32,000 nt of DNA from Candidatus Methanoperedens sp. (GTDB lineage Archaea > Halobacteriota > Methanosarcinia > Methanosarcinales > Methanoperedenaceae), in contig JAWOKW010000020.1 of NCBI GenBank assembly GCA_033854095.1, positions 2,166 through 34,165 on the forward strand, read 5' to 3'. Each line of letters starts with the position of its first letter. Position 1 is the stretch's first letter. The position numbers and the translations under genes are program-made. The notes beneath the pieces are model-generated. The model was not told the DNA's origin. It saw only the letters and a program-made list of their open reading frames with translations, and searched no databases. Below, one piece after another: positions 1 to 8,552 of this stretch.

Positions 1-296
1 TCTATTGTGTCAGCCACGTTTATTTACCTCCTATGTTTTATTTTCCAAGAAATTGATCACTTGGCATCGGCACAATAAGAGCGATAAACAGCGTTCAGAG
101 CATAGAACTCAAAAAGAGATTATGTTCCATTTTTCTCCAGAACACTGTTGTTTATTGTATCGATTTTCCATTACAATCCCTTGTATGGCATACCTATTAT
201 CTTATAGTACTTAAAGTTTGCGAATCATTCATGATAATACATTACAAACTATATACTATCGAAGCCGCACACATTTACGTAATGTGACTTTACGCT

Positions 297-635
297 TTAC
301 CCACCACTTTCTAAACTGACATCACTCATTTCTGTTGGAGCTGCTTCCTTTTCTTTCTCTAATTTCTCACTTACTTCTTCACGGGTGAATACCTTCTCAC
401 CGAGCTCTTTCTCCTCAACTTTCTGTATCAGTGTAAGAACTTCAGTTTTATAATATAGATTTGTTATATCGACAAGTGCCCATGTACCTTCCTCATCTGA
501 TATGATTTCTGTTATATGACCCTTCGTACCTGTTGGAGTGTAGAGCACAAAACTTCCCACATGCAGATAGTTTCCCGCTGAATCATTGCCTGCTGAATCA
601 TTGCCTGCTGAATCACTGACCACTATTTCACTCAT
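297..635 (-). CDS. small hypothetical protein with an N-terminal DSAGN x3 repeat and a charged C-terminal tail (conserved-archaeal type)
   Basis: 112-aa ORF with ATG at 635, and the only long ORF in this interval. It has a compact core (GSFVLYTPTGTKGHITEIISDEEGTWALVDITNLYY) followed by a Glu/Lys-rich tail. It may be DUF2098-like, but that is from memory and unverified. Confidence 0.55.
   Translation of the reverse strand: MSEIVVSDSAGNDSAGNDSAGNYLHVGSFVLYTPTGTKGHITEIISDEEGTWALVDITNLYYKTEVLTLIQKVEEKELGEKVFTREEVSEKLEKEKEAAPTEMSDVSLESGG
570..614. repeat. 15-bp in-frame tandem repeat, 3 copies
   Basis: The plus strand reads attgcctgctgaatc at 585-599 and again at 600-614 (perfect copies). A third copy, gtttcccgctgaatc at 570-584, differs at 3 positions. 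The repeat encodes DSAGN-DSAGN-DSAGN on the minus strand. Confidence 0.9.
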
Positions 636-724
636 TTCTACTCGTACTATGCGTTAATACCTTTTAATAATTACGGTTGCTTGGAAACCAGTACCTATTT
701 GTAATCCCCAGTCAGTTACACATC

Positions 725-1024
725 ATGCGCAAAAAACAGAAAGATTGGGCAAAGGACATGGCGTATCAGCGTATCATCCGCCTTTTTGAGCTTGCAGGCC
801 ATGAGTTCAAAACCCACCCTGAACGTAGCAACAGGTACGTAGGACTTGCAAGGCGCATTGGGATGAGATACCGCGTAAGGATGCCGCAGGAACTGAAGCA
901 GCAGATATGCAAGCACTGCCATACTTATTTAGTGCAGGGTGCAACAGCGCGCACAAGGCTTGGAAGTTCATATATGATCACAACCTGCACAATATGTGGA
1001 AAGCAGATGAGGCGACCGTATTAA
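725..1024 (+). CDS. rnp4: RNase P protein component 4 (Rpp21 family)
   Basis: The sequence RYVGLARRIGMRYRVRMPQELKQQICKHCHTYLVQGATARTRL...TCTICGKQMRRPY matches the Rpp21 pattern: a helical N-terminus plus a CxxC...CxxC zinc ribbon. I take ATG 725 (MRKKQKDW) as the start rather than the track's TTG at 677. Confidence 0.8.
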   Translation: MRKKQKDWAKDMAYQRIIRLFELAGHEFKTHPERSNRYVGLARRIGMRYRVRMPQELKQQICKHCHTYLVQGATARTRLGSSYMITTCTICGKQMRRPY

Positions 1025-2455
1025 TTTCGCTCTCTGTGCAATCTTTTCCATTAAAGGATGCCCCTTATCATATACGAATGTGAAGTCTGCCTTAGGACTT
1101 GATTCTATCAGTTCAAGTGTATTTTGGAGCGCTACTGTCAGAGATTCAAAATCAGGCTCAGTGATCACTTCGGCATTGAAAGGATAAGTTTCTTTAAGTT
1201 CTACAGGATAGGCTCCAAAAGGAGGTTTAAAATCAAGCACCCAGTCAAAATCAGCTTCATTGTCAAGCTTTTCGGTCCTTATAAGGATTTTGCCTTCAAA
1301 GTCTAAATTCTTAAGTTTTTCTCTGTATCTCAGTACTTCAGGGCGAAGCGATGATTCAGGACCGCTGTAAAAGAATACCGAACCCGATGACGGTTGGAAC
1401 TTCTCTATCCAGTCAGAATAAAAAAGCATGCGTTTAAGCCCATTCAAGAGCTGAGGATGCGCCCTGCATCGCTGCTCCACAAGTTCCCAAAGGCTTCCTT
1501 CCTTAACTGCCTGTTTGACCTCCCTCATCTCTGCAAACGTAACATAGAGATTGTGGCGAGAAAGCATTTCTTCCCATTCCTCACTTTTTATTAATTCATC
1601 AGCATCGTGAGAAGCGCATACAGGGCAGGAGCATGGAAGATACTTGAGGTTATCGAGATGATACGTGCCGCGCACTGTCATATATCGTTTCTCCTTTGCA
1701 TACAGGGCGTAGGAAGCAGAATCGAATAGATCGCATCCAAGCGCAACTGCTAAGGAGAACATCATCGGGTGACCTGCGCCAAAAAGATGCACAGGTGCTG
1801 AAGGAGAAAGACCTTTTTTTGATGCCACGATGACATCCACAAGATCTGAATAACGATACGACTCCATGAGCGGCACCACTGCGCCAACAGGGTATATGTC
1901 AAAATCAGCCTCGCAGAGCCTGCGCGCCGCGCATTCCCTTAATTCAGGGAACATCGAACCCTGCACAGGCGCAGCCAATAGCATGTTCCCTTTCAGTGGA
2001 AGGGCTTCTTTTGCCCTCTCTATAGTTATTTCAAGTTCTGACTCAGCGCGCTTTTTTGGAACATCAGGCGGGGTCGGAATGTCAAGTGGAACGCCAATAT
2101 CAGAGCCGATGTCATGCTGGAACTGAACGATCTGTGAATTATTGACTTCCACTTCGCCGTAAACTGATAATTGATATGAGCCTGAGTCTGTCATTATAGG
2201 GCCTTCAAAACCAAGAAGCGAATGTAGCCCTTCGCTCAGAGCCTTCTTTTTGAGCTCAGATTTGCGATAAATTATATATGAATTTGTAATAATAATTTCT
2301 GCGCCTAATTTGCGAAGTTCAGCAGGCTTTATGATCTGGATATTCGGATTAACAACAGGCATTATAGCCGGCGTCTCAACTACCCCATGCGGGGTTTCAA
2401 GGCGACCAATGCGGCCGGCGCAGTCCTTGTTGAGGAGTTCGAAGATTGGGGGCAT
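968..2455 (-). CDS. tgtA: archaeosine tRNA-guanine(15) transglycosylase (archaeal TGT)
   Basis: The N-terminus FELLNKDCAGRIGRLETPHGVVETPAIMPVVNP, the motifs IMTDSGSYQ and LFGAGHP, and the zinc site CSCPVC...H are typical TGT features. ATG 2455 fits the N-termini of homologues and avoids overlapping the upstream gene's stop at 2490. At about 495 aa it probably lacks a C-terminal PUA domain. Confidence 0.9.
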   Translation of the reverse strand: MPPIFELLNKDCAGRIGRLETPHGVVETPAIMPVVNPNIQIIKPAELRKLGAEIIITNSYIIYRKSELKKKALSEGLHSLLGFEGPIMTDSGSYQLSVYGEVEVNNSQIVQFQHDIGSDIGVPLDIPTPPDVPKKRAESELEITIERAKEALPLKGNMLLAAPVQGSMFPELRECAARRLCEADFDIYPVGAVVPLMESYRYSDLVDVIVASKKGLSPSAPVHLFGAGHPMMFSLAVALGCDLFDSASYALYAKEKRYMTVRGTYHLDNLKYLPCSCPVCASHDADELIKSEEWEEMLSRHNLYVTFAEMREVKQAVKEGSLWELVEQRCRAHPQLLNGLKRMLFYSDWIEKFQPSSGSVFFYSGPESSLRPEVLRYREKLKNLDFEGKILIRTEKLDNEADFDWVLDFKPPFGAYPVELKETYPFNAEVITEPDFESLTVALQNTLELIESSPKADFTFVYDKGHPLMEKIAQRAKLIRSPHLLSTYCAGCDHI

Positions 2456-2489
2456 GATGGTTGCCAATTCATGAGCTTGCCACTTAAAT

Positions 2490-3929
2490 TTAACTGAGGC
2501 CAAGCTCATTCCATATTCTGTCTATATGTGCTTTTACTCTATCATCCATCTTTAAAGCCAGAGGCCATTCACGATTAAAACCCTCATCTTTTCCCTTTCG
2601 TGTAGCATCGATCCCCATTTTTCCGCCAAGATTTGGAAGGTGTGAAGCATGGTCAAGAGTATCTGTCGGCGCACGGTCAATCAGCATAACATCCTGTGCA
2701 GGGTCTATGCGCGTAGTGGTAGCCCACAGCACATTCTTCATATCCTGCACATTCACATCATCATCAAGAACAATTATCGTCTTTGCAAACATCATCTGTC
2801 CCATGCCCCATAGAGCGAACATGACTTTTTTAGCATGCCCAGGATAGCGTTTTTTAATAGATACTATACAGAGGTTGTGGAAAACAGCTTCAACTGGCAG
2901 ATTGATATCAACTATCTCAGGGAGCTGCGCCTTCATAAGAGGAAGGAATATCCTCTCAGTGGCTTTGCCGAGGTATGCATCTTCCATAGGTGGTATTCCC
3001 ACAACAGTGGCATGGTATATTGGGTTTTTGCGATGTGTGATGCAGGTTATATGAAATACCGGGAACTCATCCGCTAATGAATAATATCCTGTGTGGTCTC
3101 CAAATGGCCCCTCAACACGCTTTTCTTTTGAATCTACATATCCTTCGAGTATAATCTCAGCCTGCGCTGGCACAAAGAGGTCAACAGTTTCACATTTAAC
3201 AAGCTCTACGTTCTTTTTCCTCAAAAACCCAGAAAACATAATCTCGTCGATATTATCAGGCAGCGGCGCAGTCGCAGAATAGACAACTGCCGGGTCAGCC
3301 CCGATAGCCACTGCAACTTCTATTCTTTCGCCTGCATCTGCATAATCCCTTGCGCCGTGTTTATGGATATGCCAATGCATGCCTGTTGTCTGCCCATCAT
3401 AAACCTGCATCCTGTACATCCCTGTGTTCTGTTTTCCGCTCTTTGGGTTTTTAGTGAACACAAGAGGAAGCGTGATAAAGCGTCCTCCATCATGGGGCCA
3501 GCATTTAAGTATGGGAAATTCATCAAGCGAAAAGCCTTCTTTAAGTATGACTTCCTTACATGGTGCTGAGCGCACGTACTTTGGAGCAAAGGATGTGAGT
3601 TCTCCAAGCTGCGGGAGCATCTTTATTCCTTCCCAGATTCCAGACGGCGCTTCAAGTTTGAGTAGCTTCTGTATCCGCTCGCCAATTTCATCAAGGCTAT
3701 TTACACCCAGCGCAAGGTTCATGCGCTCCATGCTTCCGAAGGCATTGGCAAATACAGGGATCTTATAGCCTTTAACGTTTTCAAATAGAAGCGCAGCACC
3801 TTTATTTTTTACTGTCCTGTCCAGTATTTCCGTGATCTCAAGCTCTGTGCTGACCTCGGTTTTTATCCTCCTGAGAAGACCTTTTTTTTCAAGAACGTCT
3901 ATGAATTCGCGCAGATCTTTATATGCCAC
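2490..3929 (-). CDS. UbiD-family (prenylated-FMN dependent) decarboxylase
   Basis: 479 aa with the typical UbiD N-terminus MAYKDLREFIDVLEKKGLLRRIKTEVS, plus the blocks GMYRMQV and GPFGDHTGYY. The start codon at 3929 is GTG. Confidence 0.9.
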   Translation of the reverse strand: MAYKDLREFIDVLEKKGLLRRIKTEVSTELEITEILDRTVKNKGAALLFENVKGYKIPVFANAFGSMERMNLALGVNSLDEIGERIQKLLKLEAPSGIWEGIKMLPQLGELTSFAPKYVRSAPCKEVILKEGFSLDEFPILKCWPHDGGRFITLPLVFTKNPKSGKQNTGMYRMQVYDGQTTGMHWHIHKHGARDYADAGERIEVAVAIGADPAVVYSATAPLPDNIDEIMFSGFLRKKNVELVKCETVDLFVPAQAEIILEGYVDSKEKRVEGPFGDHTGYYSLADEFPVFHITCITHRKNPIYHATVVGIPPMEDAYLGKATERIFLPLMKAQLPEIVDINLPVEAVFHNLCIVSIKKRYPGHAKKVMFALWGMGQMMFAKTIIVLDDDVNVQDMKNVLWATTTRIDPAQDVMLIDRAPTDTLDHASHLPNLGGKMGIDATRKGKDEGFNREWPLALKMDDRVKAHIDRIWNELGLS

Positions 3930-4143
3930 TGTTATCAGACCTTACCTTATTTCCTGCTTTTTCAAGACATGCCCTGTGAATATATCCAAGCTGCCTTTTC
4001 TTCCAGTTTTTGGATTCATTGCTCATTCCTTCTATAGGTTCATAAACAATAAGCATGTTCTTCGTATCCTCAGGGAACATCAATTTTACAAAATCGCCAC
4101 AGATCATGCATTTTTTCCATCGGGTGTATTTTCGTTCGGTCAT
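3919..4143 (-). CDS. small hypothetical protein, possible C2HC zinc-binding
   Basis: 74-aa ORF filling the gap between thrC and the UbiD gene. It contains CMIC...HRAC. Its stop overlaps the UbiD GTG start by 11 nt. There is no clear SD and no family was recognised. Confidence 0.35.
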   Translation of the reverse strand: MTERKYTRWKKCMICGDFVKLMFPEDTKNMLIVYEPIEGMSNESKNWKKRQLGYIHRACLEKAGNKVRSDNSGI

Positions 4144-4174
4144 ATTTATCTCTTGAATTCTGGGAATAACTTCC

Positions 4175-5317
4175 TCACGCCAGCCCGTACATATCTTTCA
4201 ACCCATGCCCAGTAGCAATGACCACGACCGTACCAGATAATTTCTTTTTCATAACGCCTGCATAAGCCACAGCGCCGCTTGGCTCAACAAATATGCCGTT
4301 CTTAGCCAGCCTGTTGCGCGCAGAAAGTGCTTCTTCATCGCTGACCCTCAGAGCCTCGCCGCCTGAATCCCTGATGGCTTTAAGCGCAGCGATGCCATCT
4401 ATAGGGTCTCCACATGCGATGGCTGTTGCGATTGTTTTTGGGTTCTGGACAGGAATAATCTCCCCAAGCTCGTTCTCCCATGCATGCACAACAGGGGCGC
4501 AATTCTCGACCTGCACTGCTATTATATGCGGGATCTTATCTGTGATCCCTACAAGTGAAAGCTCGCGGAATGCCTCAAAAACACTCCATATCAATGTTCC
4601 GTTGCCCACAGGCACTACTAAATAATCAGGCACGTGCCAGTACAACTGGTCAGCGATTTCAAAACCTATGGTCTTTGTCCCTTCACTGCGCCATGGATAG
4701 TCGCCTGTTAAAAATGAGTCGATGCTTGAGACTACATAATCCTCAGCCTGCTTCATGGCGATAGAATAATCTCCATTCACGATTATCGTCTTTGCGCCAT
4801 AGGCTTTTATCTGCGTGATTTTCTCTTTACCCACTATATTGGGCATAAAAACAGTGCATTCAAGCCCAGCATAAGCCGCGTATGCTGCAATAGATGCGCC
4901 CATGTTCCCTGTAGAAGCAAGGGCAACTTTGTGTTTTCCAAATTCCATCGCTTTTGTGATCTCAAGTGAAGAGCCTCTGTCCTTGAACGAACCTGTGGGG
5001 TTTGCAGCTTCATACTTTATAAGCAGCCTTCCGCTCTTTCCAAGCCTTTTGTTAGAAAGTAAGGGAGTGCCGCCTTCTCCCATTGTTATTATTTTTGAAA
5101 GATCCTTTGCAGGCATGAACGCCCAGTATTTCCAGTGCGTCGGTTTACTGCGCATGAAATCATCGCGCAGAATGACCTCCTGTATTGACTTGTAGTCATA
5201 TTCTGCATCAAGAGCAGAGCCGCAGTTTTTGCATCTTGGGATAGGAAGCTTTTCTATTTCTTTTGGTTTATATTTTGCAGCGCAGCGAAAACACTTAAAA
5301 CCTGTTACATACACCAT
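4175..5317 (-). CDS. thrC: threonine synthase (PLP-dependent) with an N-terminal zinc ribbon
   Basis: The PLP-lysine motif NPTGSFKDRGSS is present, with glycine-rich loops (GNGT, ATGHGLKD) and an N-terminal CFRC...CKNC ribbon, as in archaeal ThrC. Confidence 0.9.
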   Translation of the reverse strand: MVYVTGFKCFRCAAKYKPKEIEKLPIPRCKNCGSALDAEYDYKSIQEVILRDDFMRSKPTHWKYWAFMPAKDLSKIITMGEGGTPLLSNKRLGKSGRLLIKYEAANPTGSFKDRGSSLEITKAMEFGKHKVALASTGNMGASIAAYAAYAGLECTVFMPNIVGKEKITQIKAYGAKTIIVNGDYSIAMKQAEDYVVSSIDSFLTGDYPWRSEGTKTIGFEIADQLYWHVPDYLVVPVGNGTLIWSVFEAFRELSLVGITDKIPHIIAVQVENCAPVVHAWENELGEIIPVQNPKTIATAIACGDPIDGIAALKAIRDSGGEALRVSDEEALSARNRLAKNGIFVEPSGAVAYAGVMKKKLSGTVVVIATGHGLKDMYGLA

Positions 5318-5402
5318 ATATAATAATTCACGCGCTTTTGATAAATATTATTCGGAATGTTCAGATAAAGCTTTTTGTAATTTATTAACCATTTAGTTAT
5401 TA

Positions 5403-6704
5403 ATGCTCGACTTTTTGCCTCCTTCTACTGCCAGCATGGACACAAACATAGAATTCTTTCAAAAATTAGCCCTTGCGACGTTCATTGGTATTCTCATCGG
5501 CATTGAAAGAGAACACAGGCGACCAAAAGGGGTTGAATTGATAGCTGGAGTTCGCTCGTTTGCTATAGCAGCCATAACGGGCATGCTCTCTTCTTATCTT
5601 GCGCTTAAAATCTCCAATCCAGGAATATTGCTGGTTTCACTTGCGTTTTTTGCTATAATATCAGCTATATATGTGTATATAAAAAACGCTATAGTAAAGC
5701 AACCGGGCATCACAGGTCCTATTGCGCTTTACAGCACATTCCTCCTTGGTGTTCTCATAACATACGACCTGTACCTCATCGCCATCGCCGGAGCTATTAT
5801 TATAACTCTGCTGCTTGCAGAAAAGCGTCCGCTTCATTCATTTGCCACAGACCTGACTGATGATGAGATCCTGAGCGCGGTGCGTTTTTTAGTAATTGTG
5901 TTCATACTCTATCCCATAACTCCGGATGAGTTGATCATGGGAGTTATAAATCCGAGATGGATTCTTCTGATCTTGATAATAGTTTCGACTGTCAGTTTCA
6001 TCAGTTTTGTTATTATGAAAAAACTGGGAACAGGCTTCGGAATACCCCTTTCAGGGCTTCTCGGAGGGCTCGTGAACAGTGAAGCGACCACAGGCGCACT
6101 TGCATCTATGGCTAAAAAAAGAAGCGAACTGCTGGAATCAGGCTATGTGGGGATCATCCTGTCCACTGTTACAATGCTGATCAGGAATATGGCAGTGGCA
6201 TTCATCGTTGATCCAAGCGGAAAAGTGCTTTTGTTGATGATTCCTCCGCAGCTTATCATCACAGCTTTTGCTGCAGCATCTGTACTGAGATCAAGGAACC
6301 ATATACCTGCTGCTGAGCCAATAAAACTGGAATCGCCTTTTGCACTATATTCTGCTATAAAATTCGCATTTGGTTTCGCAGCCTTATCTATTGCTTCAAG
6401 ATTCACAAATATGTGGGCAGGCGCCGCAGGTATTTATGCTACTGCGCTTGGAGGATTTATCAGCAGTGCCGTGGTAACGGCTTCAGCAGCGCTGCTTGCT
6501 GTAAGCCACGTTGTTCCATATTCGACAGCCGCTCTCACAGCAGTCCTTGCGAGCATAATAAGCATCAGTAATAAAATCGTGCTAGTGAAGTTGGCAGGTC
6601 CGACTGAGCTTGCGGATCTAATAAAGAATACCTTTATGCGCTTTATCGTATTCGGTACCGCTGTTCTAATTTTATGGGGTATTTTCATAACCTATATTTA
6701 TTAA
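5403..6704 (+). CDS. MgtC/SapB-family integral membrane protein with a DUF4010-like C-terminal half
   Basis: 433 aa and polytopic. The N-terminus ALATFIGILIGIEREHRRP is the MgtC-family signature. An alternative start lies at ATG 5436. Confidence 0.75.
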   Translation: MLDFLPPSTASMDTNIEFFQKLALATFIGILIGIEREHRRPKGVELIAGVRSFAIAAITGMLSSYLALKISNPGILLVSLAFFAIISAIYVYIKNAIVKQPGITGPIALYSTFLLGVLITYDLYLIAIAGAIIITLLLAEKRPLHSFATDLTDDEILSAVRFLVIVFILYPITPDELIMGVINPRWILLILIIVSTVSFISFVIMKKLGTGFGIPLSGLLGGLVNSEATTGALASMAKKRSELLESGYVGIILSTVTMLIRNMAVAFIVDPSGKVLLLMIPPQLIITAFAAASVLRSRNHIPAAEPIKLESPFALYSAIKFAFGFAALSIASRFTNMWAGAAGIYATALGGFISSAVVTASAALLAVSHVVPYSTAALTAVLASIISISNKIVLVKLAGPTELADLIKNTFMRFIVFGTAVLILWGIFITYIY

Positions 6705-6726
6705 TACAGAAAACCATATTAAATAT

Positions 6727-7554
6727 ATGTTTGGTCTGACCACCACAGATTACCTGATCATTCTCGGAATACTGATTCTTCTCTATCTGACGCTGTACCC
6801 ACAGTTTCAGATGCAATCTGCAAAACGAAAAAGGCTTGGCAAAATCCGTGAAATGGAAGAAAAATGGGGTACAAAGGTACTGACCATGATTCATAGAAAG
6901 GAAGCGATCTCAATGCTCGGCTTACCAGTATATCAGTACATAGATGTTGAGGATGCCGAAGATATTTTAAGGGGGATACGCGAGGCAAAGGATAAACCCG
7001 TTGATATTATCATCCACACACCAGGAGGTCAGCTCCATGCCTCTGTGCAGATTGCAAGAGCACTGAAAAACCATACCGCCCGAACGCGTGTTTTCGTTCC
7101 GCATTATTCCATGTCAGGCGGAACGATAATCGCTCTCGCAGCGAATGAAATAGTCATGGATAAAGATGCTTCTCTTGGTCCTATAGACCCGCAGATCGGT
7201 GACTTTTTGCGTGGGGTCTTCCCTGCGCCTTCATGGCTTCATGTGGCAGCGAAAAAAGGGCTTGGAGCCGATGACACGACCCTTATGATGAGCGATATAT
7301 CAGAAAAAGTGTTAAATTTCATGCGGACAACTGTGAATGAACTTCTCGATGGCAAATTCGATGATACGAGAAAACAAAAAAAGGTTGTTGAGAAACTGAT
7401 AGGCGGAGAGATGGTGCATGCGCAGCTCATATCAGCAGATGATGCCAGAGCTCTTGGGCTTGCAGTTTCCACAGAACTTCCCCCTGAAATCCATGACTTC
7501 ATGAAATGCTTCCATGCGGTCAGATCGAATGTAGAGTATCTGACACAGGAATAA
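6727..7554 (+). CDS. membrane-anchored ClpP-fold serine protease (SDH/serine dehydrogenase proteinase family, NfeD/SppA-like)
   Basis: It has an N-terminal TM helix followed by IIHTPGGQLHASVQIARALKNH...HYSMSGGTIIALAANEIVMD..LGPIDPQ, which is the ClpP-class protease pattern. Confidence 0.75.
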   Translation: MFGLTTTDYLIILGILILLYLTLYPQFQMQSAKRKRLGKIREMEEKWGTKVLTMIHRKEAISMLGLPVYQYIDVEDAEDILRGIREAKDKPVDIIIHTPGGQLHASVQIARALKNHTARTRVFVPHYSMSGGTIIALAANEIVMDKDASLGPIDPQIGDFLRGVFPAPSWLHVAAKKGLGADDTTLMMSDISEKVLNFMRTTVNELLDGKFDDTRKQKKVVEKLIGGEMVHAQLISADDARALGLAVSTELPPEIHDFMKCFHAVRSNVEYLTQE

Positions 7555-7556
7555 AT

Positions 7557-8471
7557 ATGCTGCGTATAACATTTCTTGGGACAGGCGGGACGCTTCCCAC
7601 GCCAAACCGCAACCCATCTGCCATATTGATCAACAGGGAAGGCGAGATGATGCTTTTTGACTGCGGTGAAGGTACGCAGCAGCAGATGATGCGCGCAAAG
7701 ACAGGCATGAAGCTCAATTCCATTTTTGTCACTCATTTCCATGCAGACCATTTTCTTGGGATTCCTGGACTTATACAGACAATGTCTTTTAACGGGCGAA
7801 CCGAGCCTCTTGAAATATATGGACCAGAATGGACAGAACAGATGGCAAGACTCCTTATTGAGCTTGGTTACTACAAACTCGGATTTTCAATAAATGCGCA
7901 TGAGCTTGGGAATGGGGAGATTATTGATAAGGGAGATTATTTCATAAAAGCGGTCGAAACTGACCACGGCATTCCGAGCATAGGCTATGTACTTGAAGAA
8001 AAAAAGCGCACAGGAAGATTTAACAGGGAAAGAGCTATCGAACTTGGCGTCCCTGTAGGCCCGCTTTTTTCAAAGCTCCAGAAAGGCGAACCTGTTACAA
8101 TAAACGGCAGGATGATACTGCCCTCCATGGTCCTGGGAGAAAAAAGAACGGGAAGAAAGCTTGTGTATAGCGGGGATACACGTCCGTGTAGTTCTATTGC
8201 TAAAGAAAGCACAGGGGCAGACCTGCTCATCCACGATGGGACGTTAGCAGATGAACTTATGAACTGGGCGATCGAAACAAAACATTCAACAGCAGGAGAG
8301 GCTGCTCTTCTTGCAAAAAAAGCAAAGGTAAAGCAGTTGATATTAACCCACATCAGCTCAAGGTACTCTGAAAGTGTAGAGCCACTGTATGAGGATGTGA
8401 AGAAGGTTTTTGAGAATGTCAGAATCGCAGAAGATCTCATGGAAGTTGAGATACATCTGAGGGATATATAA
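7557..8471 (+). CDS. rnz: ribonuclease Z (tRNA 3' endonuclease, metallo-beta-lactamase)
   Basis: MLRITFLGTGGTLPTPNRNPSA, the motif HFHADH and a C-terminal THIS block are present. ATG 7557 lies 2 nt after the upstream stop, so the track's 7506 start is an upstream extension that overlaps the protease gene. Confidence 0.9.
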   Translation: MLRITFLGTGGTLPTPNRNPSAILINREGEMMLFDCGEGTQQQMMRAKTGMKLNSIFVTHFHADHFLGIPGLIQTMSFNGRTEPLEIYGPEWTEQMARLLIELGYYKLGFSINAHELGNGEIIDKGDYFIKAVETDHGIPSIGYVLEEKKRTGRFNRERAIELGVPVGPLFSKLQKGEPVTINGRMILPSMVLGEKRTGRKLVYSGDTRPCSSIAKESTGADLLIHDGTLADELMNWAIETKHSTAGEAALLAKKAKVKQLILTHISSRYSESVEPLYEDVKKVFENVRIAEDLMEVEIHLRDI

Positions 8472-8552
8472 TACCAGGTTCCATATTTTTTAGCCAATGA
8501 AAAAGATTAAAATTAAGTATAACTGCGCCCATTCAGGTCAAAAGGTGAGACA

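Noticed and set aside
5-214. 69-aa plus-strand ORF at the left edge of the window
   Set aside because: It has no SD and a low-complexity, odd composition, and I recognised no family. The region looks intergenic. The minus strand at nt 1-30 shows GGAGGT followed by GTG, which may be the start of a gene running off the window to the left, but only about 17 nt of it are visible, so no call was made.
215-296. Possible C/D-box sRNA or terminator hairpin (cacatt-tacgt-aatgtg at about 270-286) downstream of the first gene
   Set aside because: The C-box-like atgataa is not canonical (RUGAUGA), no D box (CUGA) lies at suitable spacing, and the 6-bp hairpin is weak. The evidence is insufficient.
7239-7751. 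Long antisense or out-of-frame ORFs in the track (for example 7239-7751, 7985-8497, 8573-8929, 12812-13144, 14023-14322, 17483-17989, 18194-18568, 3424-3768 and 4293-4625)
   Set aside because: Each lies entirely within, or opposite to, a gene with a clear family assignment. Their compositions are Ser/Arg/Leu-rich shadow-ORF-like, and no motifs were recognised.
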